From: Parasitella parasitica NRRL 2501
Taxonomy: Eukaryota; Fungi; Mucoromycota
Length of the DNA: 64,000 nt
Direction: 5' to 3'
NCBI GenBank assembly: GCA_025201805.1
Contig: MU619237.1
Span: 365,552 to 429,551 of the forward strand
Position numbers and translations under genes: made by a program. The first letter of the stretch is position 1. Every line of letters begins with the position of its first letter. Shown here in pieces: positions 37,766-50,890 of this stretch. The notes beneath the pieces were generated by a model, which searched no databases, was not told the DNA's origin, and saw nothing but the letters and a program-made list of their open reading frames with translations.

Positions 37766-38893
37766 ATGTCCTTTTTCCAAGACTTCAAATGCTGGATTAC
37801 AGTATGGGTACTTACATTTGCATTCTCTTTTCCAAAAGCTGAATACCCTCGCCTTGCTATTCATTATCTACAAATGTTCTTCTATCGATCCCGTTCAGAC
37901 TGGAAACATAAAGAAGAGCGCGGTTATTGGATAGCAGAAGACTTGAAGCGAAATGCAAAGAGAGAAGCTATGAATGATAGGATATCAGAAGCGAACGTCA
38001 TAATCTTATGGATTCCCGGTAAAAAAAAAAAAATTGGACATGTGCTCCCCCCCCCCCTCCCCTCAGTAAGCTGCACAGAACTTATATACCGTGTTTCCAG
38101 GTGGTGGATTCCGTTTTGATTTAGGAAAACTGTATACACCCACTTTTGCAACATGGATCCGCGCACTGGAAGCAGACAAGGGGATCAAAAGCATGATATT
38201 TGTTGCAGAGTACGGTAGGCGGCGACAGTAGAGTTGTATAACGGACTATTCATCTGTTGCGTAGATCACGGCCCTGAACATTTGTTTCCTACCGCTGTCA
38301 ATCAAATAGCTGAAACCTATAGCTGGTTGACCAACACATTAAATATTGATCCCAAGAAAATCATCATTGGGGCAGATGATGCTGGTGCTGCGATTGCGCT
38401 AGATACCTTATTTGTCAAAATACCTGCACAGCAAAGACCAGCAGGCATGATTTGTGCATCGCCGTATATAGGATTAGAAGCTGGTGGCGAATCGTGGCGT
38501 GCAAATTTAGGCCAAGATATTATCAATGAAAACTCGGTTATTCGCATGGAGCTTGCCTACATGAGCCCAGAAAAGGATGACGATGATAATGAATCAGACA
38601 ATGGAAAAACTGAGATTGGGCCTTTTACGTATTTGAGTCACAATGCCCAAATGGGATCGTTTTTGCCAGCACGCATGCTCTTCTTCCTGGGCGGTAAAGA
38701 AGTCTTGTTAGATGACGGTGGATTTTTGGCTTCTAAAGCAAGAAGTTCAGGTGTCCAGGCTGTTGTTGTTCAGGAGCCTTCGGGTGTTCATCTCTGGTCC
38801 ATGCTGCCTGATATATTTATCAAAGATCAATCAGTAAAGCAGTTCATGCTTGACAGATTTGTTGAGTTTATCGCAAACACAATCAAAGGTTGA
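37766..38893 (+). CDS. Alpha/beta-hydrolase fold (HSL/abhydrolase_3-like) protein with a non-canonical nucleophile elbow
   Basis: IILWIPGGGF, EY.HGPEHLFP, IIIGADDAGAAIAL, SPY, GGKEVLLDD, GVHLW. Confidence 0.8.
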
Positions 38894-39031
38894 GTAAAAA
38901 TCGTCACATTGTGTGCAAATGTATGAAGCAAATACTAATAAAAATGATATGTTCTCTAAACCCTTTGATCCCTTTTCGACTTTGGCACTTGTAAATAAGT
39001 AATCTTTCTTGGGTTGTCTCGATTATCAACC

Positions 39032-40407
39032 ATGTTTCAATCAAAACTTGCAAGATTTTCGGGCTTTATGGCTCTTCAGCCAAGAGTGTCTCAAATTTCT
39101 CATTTACCCAGGGTCATCCATGTTTGTTCAGCAGTATCACTTAGGCAGGCATCCACTAACAGGTATACTAAGGGTCGAGTGGAGCTTGACCGAACAACCG
39201 AATTGAATCCAGCTCAAACTAAAGGTCGTCGATATGTTGAAGTGGACTCGTCATTCGCTAAAGCCAACAGATATACATATGCTATGCCAAATGACATCTA
39301 TGTTGCTTCCGAAAAGGTCACCAAAATTTTGGAAATTGGTACAGTCGACGATGCTGCAGATTATATCAGAGCGCTCCCGATTTATTTACAATCGCCCGTT
39401 GTATGGAACCAACTTATCGGCCACTGTGCAAAGTATGGCAGAGCTAATTATGCAGAGCATTTCTTTTCACAGGTAAAAAAAACTTGGGGATCCATTTTTT
39501 TTTTATTACAAGTAATTAATATTTCTTTTAGATGAGGAAGCGTGGCCTTAAACCAAACGAACACACATTTAGCCATATGCTGGTAGCATATTTTAAAAGC
39601 ACATCACCTCGATCCATTCAATTCGCTGAGGCATGGCTCAGAAAGATGAAAGACTTTAATTTTGATCCAGCGCCGATCCACATTAACAATTTGATGCGAG
39701 TTTATAATCAATCAGGACGTCCTGAAAAGACCATAGACCTTTTGAAGCAAATATCCACCAGTGGTAAAATACTTCCTGACGCTGTTACTTACAGCATTGC
39801 ACTTCAAGCATGCCCACAATTACCATCTTATGTCAACAGTGAAGAAGTGCGACACATCTGGCACGATATACTAAGCCGTATTGACAAAAAACAGCCCCGT
39901 CAATCAACTACATTATTGTCTCAAAAAGCAGCCGATATTATCTGGAAAGAAGACGCGATTCGTCACGACAAGACAAAAGATAGTGAACTGGAAATAGATG
40001 ACTCTCTGGTGGTAGCTCTTTTGAGATCCGTAACACAGACTGCAGCTACTGAAAGAGATGTATTAACTGGGATTGAGGCTATTGAGAAGCTTTATTCATT
40101 GTGCCCTCCACGAGCTGGTGAACTTATGAAGAAAAATGGCATATCAAATCAAAATAGACAGCCTGGATTTGGATTTCAGCCATCAGTCAAAGTATTAGAT
40201 GCAATCTTACGGTTTTCAGGTGGTTTGAGAGAATTCAAATTGGGTAAAGAATACTTTGATTTGGCGTTACAGCAGTTTCCTCGATTAAAACCCGACAAGT
40301 ATGTGAAAGATGCCTATGCTTGGATCGAAACCCAAATACAAAAAGGACACCAGTTAGGGAAGAGACGCTACAGCAAAAAACCACAACAGCTGCATAGAAA
40401 AGGTTAA
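39032..40407 (+). CDS. Pentatricopeptide-repeat protein, probably mitochondrial (2 exons)
   Basis: VVWNQLIGHCAKYGRANYAEHFFSQMRKRGLKPNEHTFSHML; PDAVTYSIALQAC; Arg/Ser-rich N-terminus. Confidence 0.9.
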
Positions 40408-40518
40408 GTTTGTAGATATCACCGTTTTTGTATATGTATATATTTCGTAAAAATAAATTACACCATATGAATGCTCAATTCATGTTAAAATGGCACTTTA
40501 AAATATATAAAGTAAACT

Positions 40519-41266
40519 TTGGACAAAAAGAAGTTAGTTTCAGACAATGAAGAAATTCAAGTGCATGACTTAACTGATCATTGTTCCCTCAGATAGAAGC
40601 CTGGCTATCATCGGGAGGCGGTTAGAGTGGTGTTTTTTTCTTCTTGAGGGGACAGCAGTATGCTTAGAAGACTGGTTCAAGGTCTGGAAATGGCAGACTG
40701 CTTATCCATACAGCTGTTCATGACAACACTCAAATTCAACAACGCTGTCCTTAATTATGGGAGGGCTCCAAAGGTTTTTAGTCAAGACAAGTTGTTAAAA
40801 GTCCACGGCATTTGACTATGTGATACTTGGCTCGTCAACATGGTCAAGAATTTTGGATCTTCAGAAAAGTTCCCCTGCTCTCCAAATTTACAATGAGGAT
40901 ACATCGATGATGTCCAGTGCTTATCAGTTTGATAAACAGGAAAGCTCTGCTTCATAAGCATCCTTTATATACCATTCCCCGGTATAGGCTCATGAAACCC
41001 TACATTGCCCGTCGAGCAGTACACATAGACAGCCTGGTGTCCAATTACTTTCTATTGATAGTCGATGGGGAGTTTCAGCTTCCAAAAAGAAGGGCCTATT
41101 AGCCTTGTTCAAGTCCCTTCACGGCGATAATCTTTTCATTGTGCAGAAAATACACAAAAGTAGGACCTTGGTAGAGCATGTCGCGCTGCCAAATATTTAT
41201 TCTCTTGCAACAGAACCAAAATCAACTGCTATTGATGCGTTGAAAAGATTAAAATTAATCAGATAA
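40519..41266 (+). pseudogene. Putative decayed WD40-repeat gene
   Basis: Plus-strand fragments broken by stops and frameshifts: DKKKLVSDNEEIQVHDL, YHREAVRVVFFSS*GD, CLEDWFKVWKW, SQDKLLKVHGI*, ILGSSTWSRILDL, VQLLSIDSRWGVSASKK. Confidence 0.45.
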
Positions 41267-43018
41267 AGAGTATTATTTAAAAATGGGTCAATTAAGAAGG
41301 CTCATATACTATTCAATCTGGGGCAATTTATGTGAGAATAAGGTGTTAGATGAAGAGATCAGAGTAAATAGGATAATGGATTGTGGTATCTATCGAGAGC
41401 GACATGCCATGGTCTGGTCTGGAACGGATAAAGCCTTAATTTGACATTTGACTTTTGCTGTTTAGAAATGATGCATCAGATATTATAGTCCATATACAAT
41501 TGGCTACGTACGGTGATTTATCAGAAAAAGAAATCACCCAAATAAAATGGTTGTGAAATAATCAGGTAAGGTCTCGTTTATTACATGGAAAATATGATTG
41601 TATATTTATTGTCCTCGAACGTGTCATGATAAATTAACAATATTATGGAGCATGATAGACTGAAATATGTTCTTGGATTGTGTTCAGTGTTGAATTTACT
41701 TGAGTTTGGCTCCGGTTGGAAAATTGACACATCAGTCTCTATTTATACCGTAATAGAATAACTGGTGAAATTTAACCTTATCAGATCTGATCAGGAACGG
41801 TTGCCATGGCAACAGGGCTGAAAATATTAATAACCACTGGATTTCATGGTATTCAGGATTCTATTTAGCAACAAGATCATGAACATATATCCAAGCGACC
41901 ATGTACCTATTAATTTGATAAGCTAATGTGGACACTTGTAAAACGTACAAAAGCTACAATTAATCCCATTTATGATACTGAGGACGAAGTTCATTGACAA
42001 TGCGCCCTAATTGTTCCTGTAGTAACTTTAGAGTGAGATCACTCTACGATGTATGTGGTTACTTTGGATAAGAAAGATCAAAGGCTTTTGAATAATCTGC
42101 TTCAAACTAAACTGGACACATACAACACAAGTGCATTGCGAGATAAAACATTTAATGTATGAGGAAGGATAGAATAAACCAGTTGTGCAAGCACTCGCAT
42201 GCATTATAATACTATGATTTTTGGTTGTTCAATGTAGAATGTAGACAGCTGTATGCAAATCGCACACAAGGTCATAGATCTTACAAGTCGGAAAGACTTG
42301 CCTGTGTTCGTCTTTACTGTAAAACTCTATCGTTTCTATAGTTGCTCCGAATCAACCAAATTGGCTTGTGAGACCTAATTATCAAATATCGTATATATCC
42401 GTTAGTGACATGTAACCGATAACTAAAAACCTTTCTAATTGTATCATGCAAAGTGTTATGTTGCGCTCAAGTTTTTTTTTATAACCAGCATATACATCTA
42501 CAAAATATTTATCATGAACTTGTGGATGAACGAGAAAACTGCGGTTATGGCTTCAGCTTGGATGGCAATGCAATGATGGCTCAAAACCAGTCATTTAGTT
42601 TTTCTTTATCAATATGTTACTTTATGCCAACAAAACACATTTAACGACCAATTGCCAAGAGGTCTCTAATTCAATGACTAAGATCGGGCACTCTGTTACA
42701 GGTGCATTCAAAATTTGATTCAAATCCATATAAATTATACAGTTATTTTCAAATTTGGGTTGATTACTAATTTTGATACGTAATGGGGCTTTTCTCAAGT
42801 GATCTCAAGCACAATAAACGCCATCCATCAAGATGACAAATCAATTGGATTGGCAAAGAATTATTTAATCAACCGCCATTTTGCGAATAATCAAGGGGTC
42901 AAATACAACATCTACTTTCTCTCATTTGCAACACTAAAATCAACTGCAAAACTCAAATCATCGAGTTCTACTTATTTATATAGCCAAAAAAAACAAAAGA
43001 ACTGATATAACGAATAGA

Positions 43019-44602
43019 ATGCTTTCTGTAAAACCAATTTATGATTACCTTGTTATTGGAGGTGGCTCTGGCGGCCTTGCTTCTGCTCGCCGTGCTAGTG
43101 GTATCCACGGTGCCAAAGTAGCGCTTATCGAAGCTCAACACCGTCTCGGTGGCACTTGTGTCAACGTAGGCTGTGTTCCTAAAAAAGTTATGTGGAATGC
43201 TGCATCCATTGCTGAATCTCTTCGTGATGCCAAGTCTTATGGGTTTGGTGATCATGAACCTGTCAAGTTCGATTGGCAATTCTTCAAAGAAAAGCGTGAT
43301 GCTTATGTCAAGCGTCTCAATGGCATCTATGAACGAAATCTGGGCAATGATAAAGTTGAACATATTCAAGGCCATGCTAGTTTTGTTAATAACAACACTG
43401 TCCGGGTCCAAACATCAGAAACTGAGTCAATTGAAGTTCAAGCAAAAAAGATTTTGATTGCTACAGGTAAGTTTTTTTTTAGCCAAGAAAACAGAGAGGG
43501 CATATCTAACATTGTGTCAAGGTGGTCATCCTTTGATCCCTGATATCCCAGGAGCTGAGCATGGCATTGACTCTGATGGCTTTTTTGAACTCGAACACCA
43601 ACCCAAGAGAGTTGCTGTCATCGGTACCGGCTACATTGGCATTGAATTGGCAGGCATTTTCAACACTTTAGGAACAAAGACAACTGTTTTCTCTCGTACA
43701 AAAAAGATTCTTCGTAGCTTCGACAGCATCATCCGCGACAACTTGTTGAAAGAGATGCAGGCTGTAGGCGTTGATTTTGCTTTTGATTCCAGTGTTCAGG
43801 CGTTAGTACGAGAGGGAAAAACTGGACCTATTACCGTTCAATATAAATCTGATGGTAACTCTGCTTCTTTGGAGGTGGATACTGTTGTTTGGGCTATTGG
43901 CCGTTTGCCCAACCTCAAGAAGCTCAATTTGGAGGCAGCTCATGTAACTTTAAATGACAAGGGCTATATCGAAGTTGATGATTATCAGAATACAAAGTCT
44001 GATGGTGTATACGCTTTGGGCGATGTCTGCGGTAAAGCCGAATTAACTCCTGGTAAGTGTGCCCATTGACGAGATCTTTTAAGCACTACTAAATTTGATG
44101 TATTGCAATAGTTGCTATTGCTGCTGGTCGCAAGTTGTCTGATCGTCTCTTTGGCGGTGAGCAATTTAAGGATTCCAAGCTTGATTACGATAATATCCCT
44201 ACTGTTGTTTTCTCTCATCCTACTGCCGGCACTATTGGTTATACTGAAGATGAAGCTCGTGAAAAGTTTGGTAATGAAAATGTCAAGACTTATACCAGTA
44301 AATTTACCAACATGTATTTTGCTATGCTTGAACACAAGGAGCCTACTGCTTATAAGCTTGTCTGTGCCGGTGCTGATGAAAAAGTCGTCGGTGTTCACAT
44401 TTTGGGCAGAGGAAGTGATGAGATCCTTCAAGGTTTTGGCGTTGCCGTTCGTATGGGTGCTACCAAGGCTAACTTTGATGCCTGCGTTGCTATTCACCCC
44501 TCTGCTGCTGAAGAATTGGTAAGTTTTTAATACAACTCATTTATTTCAACCATTTCAAAAAAAAAAAAATCTAATGCAATCCTGTAGGTTACCATGCGTT
44601 AA
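43019..44602 (+). CDS. glrA: Glutathione reductase (sex-locus-linked glrA)
   Basis: [21 protein letters not shown] redox disulfide, [31 protein letters not shown]; 4 exons. Confidence 0.96.
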
Positions 44603-45209
44603 AGAAATGTTCATGTAGAATAGTAGAAATAAACAATGTATTCTATAGATGTTGAGAGTGGTTCATCAGGCAACAATAGCCTAACAACATGATTACATAA
44701 GATAATATCATGGCATCAAGTTATTATCTATAACAAAAAGCGTGTTGTTCATTTCTCTTGAACTGAAATATACCTAGATTTTGGTTTTTTTTTGTGATAG
44801 TGGTTTGCAAAAATGATGATGGAATACATAGCACAGAAGAGGGAATTGGTTTTATGTTGGAAATAGAGTGAACTATGAATCGTGTTATCATTGAAACGAG
44901 CTTTTGGTATTGAAAATGAGCATAAGCAATAAATTTTGATCAATAGAGCTAAATTTAAAATATCTTTTCTCTTATAATCAGAAGATTCTGGACATTATAA
45001 GCTGAAAAAACCTATAATAGCTTGTCAAACAAATTTGGTGTTGAAAGTAAGATTGACTTGGTCTAGAAGTATACTATACGCTTGTATTTAGTGATTCTTA
45101 CTGTATTCGTCGTGTTAATTTTGACTCAATCGTATATACCATCTCGACCATTGACATTTTGCAATGTATGTCTTGTATATCTAGTTAGTTGAAAACGTTC
45201 ATACGAAAA

Positions 45210-45425
45210 TGACTGAGTGTTCCAACAAATGTCTTTGCTTGCCTAAAAGATATCCAAGAGTACGAAAGCACCATCCTGGTATAACACAAATTCATAGCTA
45301 CGCGAGCTATCAGTCCTTATTAGCACGAAAAATGTTGGTGGAAGAGACTAAAAACCGCAAATCATGGAAAAAATAAGAGATCAAATGTTTAGAAAATTGT
45401 ATCCTTTGTGTAAACGAAAGGCCTC
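45210..45425 (+). pseudogene. Possible heavily decayed HMG-box remnant (sexP-like?)
   Basis: Frameshifted fragments in HMG order: (C)PTNVF / YPRVRKHHPGITQ / ATRAISPY* / EETKNRK / MEKIRDQMFRKLYPL; requires several frameshifts. Confidence 0.3.
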
Positions 45426-45881
45426 ATTAGCAGCACATGAAATGAAACCTTGAGCGGTTTTATTCGTTCATCGATAGGTTCCTCGTTGTGCTTTGATATT
45501 CTCATTACTATAACAATGTGTAAAGATCGACTCGAGACTTGTTGAATCATACTGTTAAATGTAAATAATAACACTGATTGAACTAGATGGAAAGAGGTAA
45601 TATTATTGATATCTTAGAGATAAAATAAAATGGGAAATTTACATGGGATAAATTGGACAACTCAAAAAGCATAACCCGTACTTTTATGTAAAATTGAAGA
45701 TCATTTTGTTTATCATAAGAGGGTTCGCTTTTTCAAGACAGTGGTATCATCACCGCCCACAATACTTTTAGGCCACATTTACCAAGCTATAAATTTTGCT
45801 CTTGCAAGAGTATGTAAAGTAAATGTCAGGATCAGATACTCCATAAAAAACACTTGAAATATTGCTAAATTGGCTTGATTC

Positions 45882-45939
45882 AATAGTTTGACAATATTGC
45901 TTTTCATACAAAAAAAAAAAAAATAGTTTGACAATATTG
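45882..45939 (+). repeat. 18-bp direct repeat flanking a short poly(A)-ended insert (possible retro-insertion footprint)
   Basis: AATAGTTTGACAATATTG at 45882-45899 and 45922-45939 around cttttcatac(A)12. Confidence 0.6.
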
Positions 45940-46642
45940 ACGAAAAGAAATTATTTCCATGGGATTTTGCATGTTGATGTCAACCCTAATTTTTGTCTCA
46001 AGATATTTGGTTTGAATACCTCGATATGATAAAATTCAACTTATCGATCCAGGTGTAACACTTTTTACCAAGGCATATTTCAGGACATGCCATTTAATTG
46101 GTGTTAAGTTTACATTTGCTTTTTGAGAAGCGTTTTTCTTTGATATTCTAAAAACCAACATCATCACTATCGCTAAGCGATTTGAATAAAAAAAAACTAA
46201 AGCTAAAAATCAATATGATAAAGCGAATAAATTAAAAATATTTTGTCTTAGCACTGTAGAACTTTATTCATGCAGCTACACTTGTAAAAGCTCGAAATGT
46301 TGATCTGATGCAAATTGAGTCGATTTCAGACCCAACACAATGCTTCTTTTTGAAGGCTGTACCACTGGGTAGTTTAAGAATGCATGAACCACATTTGTGG
46401 ACAAAGCAATCAGGGTAACCGAGGGTTCCTTGATGACTGCACCTCCTCCCTATGTTCTTTTTTTCTGAATCCAGGGCCACTCTTCTTTTTCCATAAAAGT
46501 CTATAAACCGAAACTTGATTTTTATCCATATATGGGTAAAGACCGGAACTCGTTTGTTTTTCTTTACCCCTGAAACTCGGACCAACTTAACTAAACAACG
46601 TAACTTTTATTTCTTCAAATCATGGCATACACAGAAGGTGTA

Positions 46643-49600
46643 TTACTTCAAGGGAGCTTGGCAGACAGGACATTTTTTCCCTTCAGGACGCAAGACAAGA
46701 CGTCTGATAATTCCACATTCTGAATCCAAGGTATGTCCACATGGTAACTTACAGCTCAAAGGTTTGATACAAGAGCCGCATGGTTCACAACAACGGCGCA
46801 TACACTGATGATTGCACTCGAGGAACTTCTCGCACTGCTGCTTGCAGCGGTATTCATTATGATCATAAGGATGGCATTTCAAAGTACACTGAAAAATAAA
46901 CAATTAGAGATGATTGTCATCAGCTTAATTTACCCTTACTCTGTGTCCACAAGGTAACAGTTCATTACACTGCTGTTGGCAGCCACCTTCTTCCACAGTT
47001 GTGAAATCAACGGGCCATTGAACCTGCGTAGGTTGGCCATGTTTTTGGCACTTGAGAACCAGTTTAGTGCCAACCATATTTTCATTCTGATCTTCAAGGT
47101 TGCCAATTATTTCATTCCACAAGTCGCTTCTTTCACACAGAAGTCTTGCATTGCCAAGAATGTAGAAGCCCTACATGTATAGCGATATTGAGCAATCTAT
47201 CGTTATATGGACACACGCATCATACTTACATGTTTTGCTCTGGATAAAGAAACACAAACACGATTGACAACCTTCAAGAAACCAATTTGGCCAGCTGCAT
47301 TGCTTCTTACCAGGGAAAGAATGATGATTTTGTTTTCTTCACCTTGGTAGCCATCCACACTACTGACTTGGATCAGCTCTGGATCCATATCTGGTCTTCT
47401 TTCATCTCGAAGGGCTCGCTTGATCATGGTCTTTTGGCCTGAATACATTGTAATGATTGTGATTTCCTGTGGTTGATATCCTTGCAAAAGCAGATACACT
47501 GCTAATTTGGCTGCCATTTTGGCTTCATGTTCATTGACCTTGGATGCAGACTCGCTCATATTGGTTTCGTCTTCATTATGAGCCAAAAAGAATAGCGATT
47601 GATCCATTCCACGAATGGGAGGATATGTCAGCACATCAGGATGGTCCATAAGAGGAGGGTCCTTGTAAATTGGGTTGATGAGAGAACGAATTTCAGGACG
47701 CATTCGTCTTTGATGAGACAAGCGCGTGAACGGAAAGTCGTTCATGACTAGACGCTCAAACAGCGAGACACCTAGTGCATGGTTTTCGGCCAATTCATGA
47801 ACTGCTGTTGATGGTCTTAATTGCTGGTGATCACTAGTAGATATCATGTATTAGTGCCTACATCTCGTATCAATCCCAAGCTACTCACCCGATCAATATA
47901 AGGTGCTCCAAGGAATTGGTCAGTGCAGATATAATGTGAGATTCCAACATTTCAGCTGCTTCTTCCACAACCATGACTCTAGGACGCATTTCCTCTAGCA
48001 AATCGTGGTATTTGGCCTGCATTGGTTTAGACAACGTTATGTGTGATCAAATGGGGTACTTACTGCAGCTGTACTTGTCATGCCAACAACTCTGTTCTGC
48101 CTGCAAATCCTTGCTTCAAAATCGGCTATAACTCTTCGAATACTTTGCGATTTCTCGTAGTACTGCCTCATGAGAGCGTTCAGCTTGGCTTCCAATGCGG
48201 CATTTCTCTGATCTATCCACATTTTGTGTGCCTTAAGGCGTACAGGCAGGGGCCACATCGACAAGTCGTCATCCTTCATCCAGCGCTCCAACGAGTGATT
48301 GTGGCTATCCTGCTCCAGCACAGCTTCGTCAATATTGTCGTCGAAAAAGTTGAATTTGGTTGATTCAAAGGTGTTTGTGGTTTTCATTTTACTATAATTG
48401 ACAATCTTTCTTTCAGGGCGCTCACCAGGAGCGACTTCGGTTTGTCTTTTGTAGTTTTTACCGATCTGAATAAACGGATATTTGGTTTCTGGCTGATCAT
48501 CGCCTTGAAAGCCTATGATGACTTCTTGAAGCTCTTCTTCTTCGATCATATCTCGCTCGTCAGTTGTATCGTCAAACACCAAGCCCTTTTCTTGTTCAAG
48601 AATACTTTGCTTCAAATCATCAGCTAGCGATGACATTTCTCCAGCATCATCAACATAATCAATCGCATCCTTCAGCCATCCTTCAACAGGGTTGATGGTC
48701 TTTTCCTTTACGGAGCTCACTGTATTAGGATTTCCACCAGCCCAATCATTATTTGCGCCTTTGTTGCTGGTTCTACCTTTACTGGGATGTGGCTTCTGTC
48801 TGTTGTTATTTCTGTTATTTCTACTGTTGACAGGCGCTTTGGGCTTGACTGGCTCTGAGCTGACAACCCATTCGTCATCAGAGTCGTCAGCGACATGATA
48901 GTCATTGAGACTAGTCGCTGCTGCAACAGGTTTGCTCTTTTCCCGTTCGCCTGCTCTTTTTAATGAATCGATCTGCTTGGGTCTCAGTCCTTTGATGCTC
49001 TCTATGTATTCAATTGTGACGCATGGCTCCTCATATAATTCGATGATTGTTTCCCTGATTGCCTTTACAAGGCCATCGCGGTCTCGATACAAGCGGGCTA
49101 TTCCACGGGGCCGGTCATGCTCCTTCTTCAATTCATACAAAGTGTGTTCTTTCAGCAGTTCAGATTTTGACCTTCCACCTACACGGACGATTTTAGTGGT
49201 GTAATCCAGAATGTGTTCTAAAAATTGATCGAGAGCTTTTGCAATCGAATTTGAGTTAATCGGTTGGATATCGCAAGTTTGGCACTAGCAGATCTTACCA
49301 TGATTTGTCTGGCAAATACAAACAATGGGGCCCATAGAATTATCGAAATTGTTCAAGAGTACTCGCATGGCATAAGTGCCAACAAAAGTCTTACCAGTAC
49401 CCGGAGGTCCTTGCACGATCGACAAATTATGTGATAGAATGGTTCTCAAAGCATCCATCTGGGTGCGATCCATGCCAGTGTTGTAGCTGGGCCATTCTTC
49501 CAGGATATTCACTGGCCAGCGATCGCGACGTATGTTTCTTGACTGGACGTTAATGTCGTAGACATTTTTCTGTGCGGCGTAGTGAGGCACAAGAACTTCG

Positions 49601-50817
49601 TTTGACAGCTTTACCAAATAATCAGAAAAGGGCAACTGATCCGCTTTGACGTTTTTAAAGACGTTGAGCACATGACGGTATGCTTCAAAATAGCCGTCTG
49701 TGGCTTCAATCATGACATAGGTGTCATTCTCGGTTAAGGATGGATCTCCAAAACCCAACGGCTGTTCGTCGTCATCCCTTTCAAGATAAATGTCCACTAA
49801 ATACTCGAAGCGATTTGGTCCACGCATTGGCTCGTCTCCTCTGTTGACGATAGTAGCAACCTTAAGATCCTTTTCAAAATGATCCTTGGAGAGCAGCACT
49901 AACGTACCAGGCATCAATCTCTTGGACTGCTGCCAGTTCACACGAACATAGTAAGGTAACCGAAAGCTGACTCTGTATAAGGGCTGGCGCGTACCAAATA
50001 CAATTGCGTTCAAATGAACCTATACGCATGTAAGAAAGCGAAGGTTTTGCTACAAGTTGGCTGCTACTTACATGCTCGTACAAGCGGTATGGTCTTTGTT
50101 GAGATACTTGCTCCATCGAAATGCCAGCATCATCATTGATGTTGGTATCATTGAAGACTTCCTTGTATCCTTTCACGGCTTTCTGCAGAGGTATCAAGAA
50201 GTCTTGGCGCATCAATTCAAAATGGGTATACAAATACTGGTCAGTGCTGTCGTATGGTTGTTTGACACGGTTTACAGGGACGTCCGGAAACGGGTCTCTG
50301 TAATTGCGTTGATCCCACTCATTGGGATCTCGAAGCTCTTCAGCTATCACAATTTGTTCAAAGTTTGGAATAATGTCCTGTCCACGGAAGGCCGTATAGT
50401 CTGTCACTTTTGAGAATATTGGTGCGTCCTCAATATCCATATTCAGTCGGAAAGTCGTCGTAGCCTCTGGTTCTCGCGTGCTAAACTTGTCTTGTACGTA
50501 ACCATGGTCTTCTTGTCCTTGCTCATTCCAGACGGCTTGCGTCTCGGGAGAACCTCCCCAACCTCGTTGCGAGTCAACTGCCCAGCTCTGAGATGGAGCA
50601 ACGTTTCCAAAATCAAACTTTGAGCGTGCAGGTGGCGGTCTCCTGCTAGGAGTTATCTCAAATTCATTTGTAAGGTTATTAAAATTGGCGGTAACGACAT
50701 TTGGTCCACTTGTGCTATGTGTTTACATTGGTCAGAATCACGCCTTCATTATCAATAGCTCTTTTATTACAATTGTGAATCCCAGTCGCTTTTGGTGCTG
50801 TTGTTATAGCGAGACAT
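46643..50817 (-). CDS. rnhA: SF1 Upf1-like RNA helicase with NFX1-type zinc fingers (ZNFX1/Sad-3-like); sex-locus-flanking rnhA
   Basis: QGPPGTGKT, CQTNHALDQFLE, VVGMTSTAA, VEEAAE, IGDHQQLRP, SLFERL, QRRMRPEI, VDGYQGEENKIIILSLVRSN, NRVCVSLSRAK; C-terminal CGH.C..CH repeats; about 8 exons. Confidence 0.93.
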
Positions 50818-50890
50818 TGTTTTGAAACACTAAAGAAAAGCTAAAATACAGAAACTAAAGTCTTGGATGAACTATGACCGGCATTTAATT

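Noticed and set aside
39032-40407. PPR gene as the sex-locus-associated gene sagA
   Set aside because: I cannot confirm the identity of sagA from sequence alone, so no symbol was assigned
46268-46585. 105-aa Cys-containing ORF downstream of rnhA as an extra zinc-finger exon
   Set aside because: rnhA already ends at an in-frame stop at 46643, and the Cys spacing does not match NFX1 fingers
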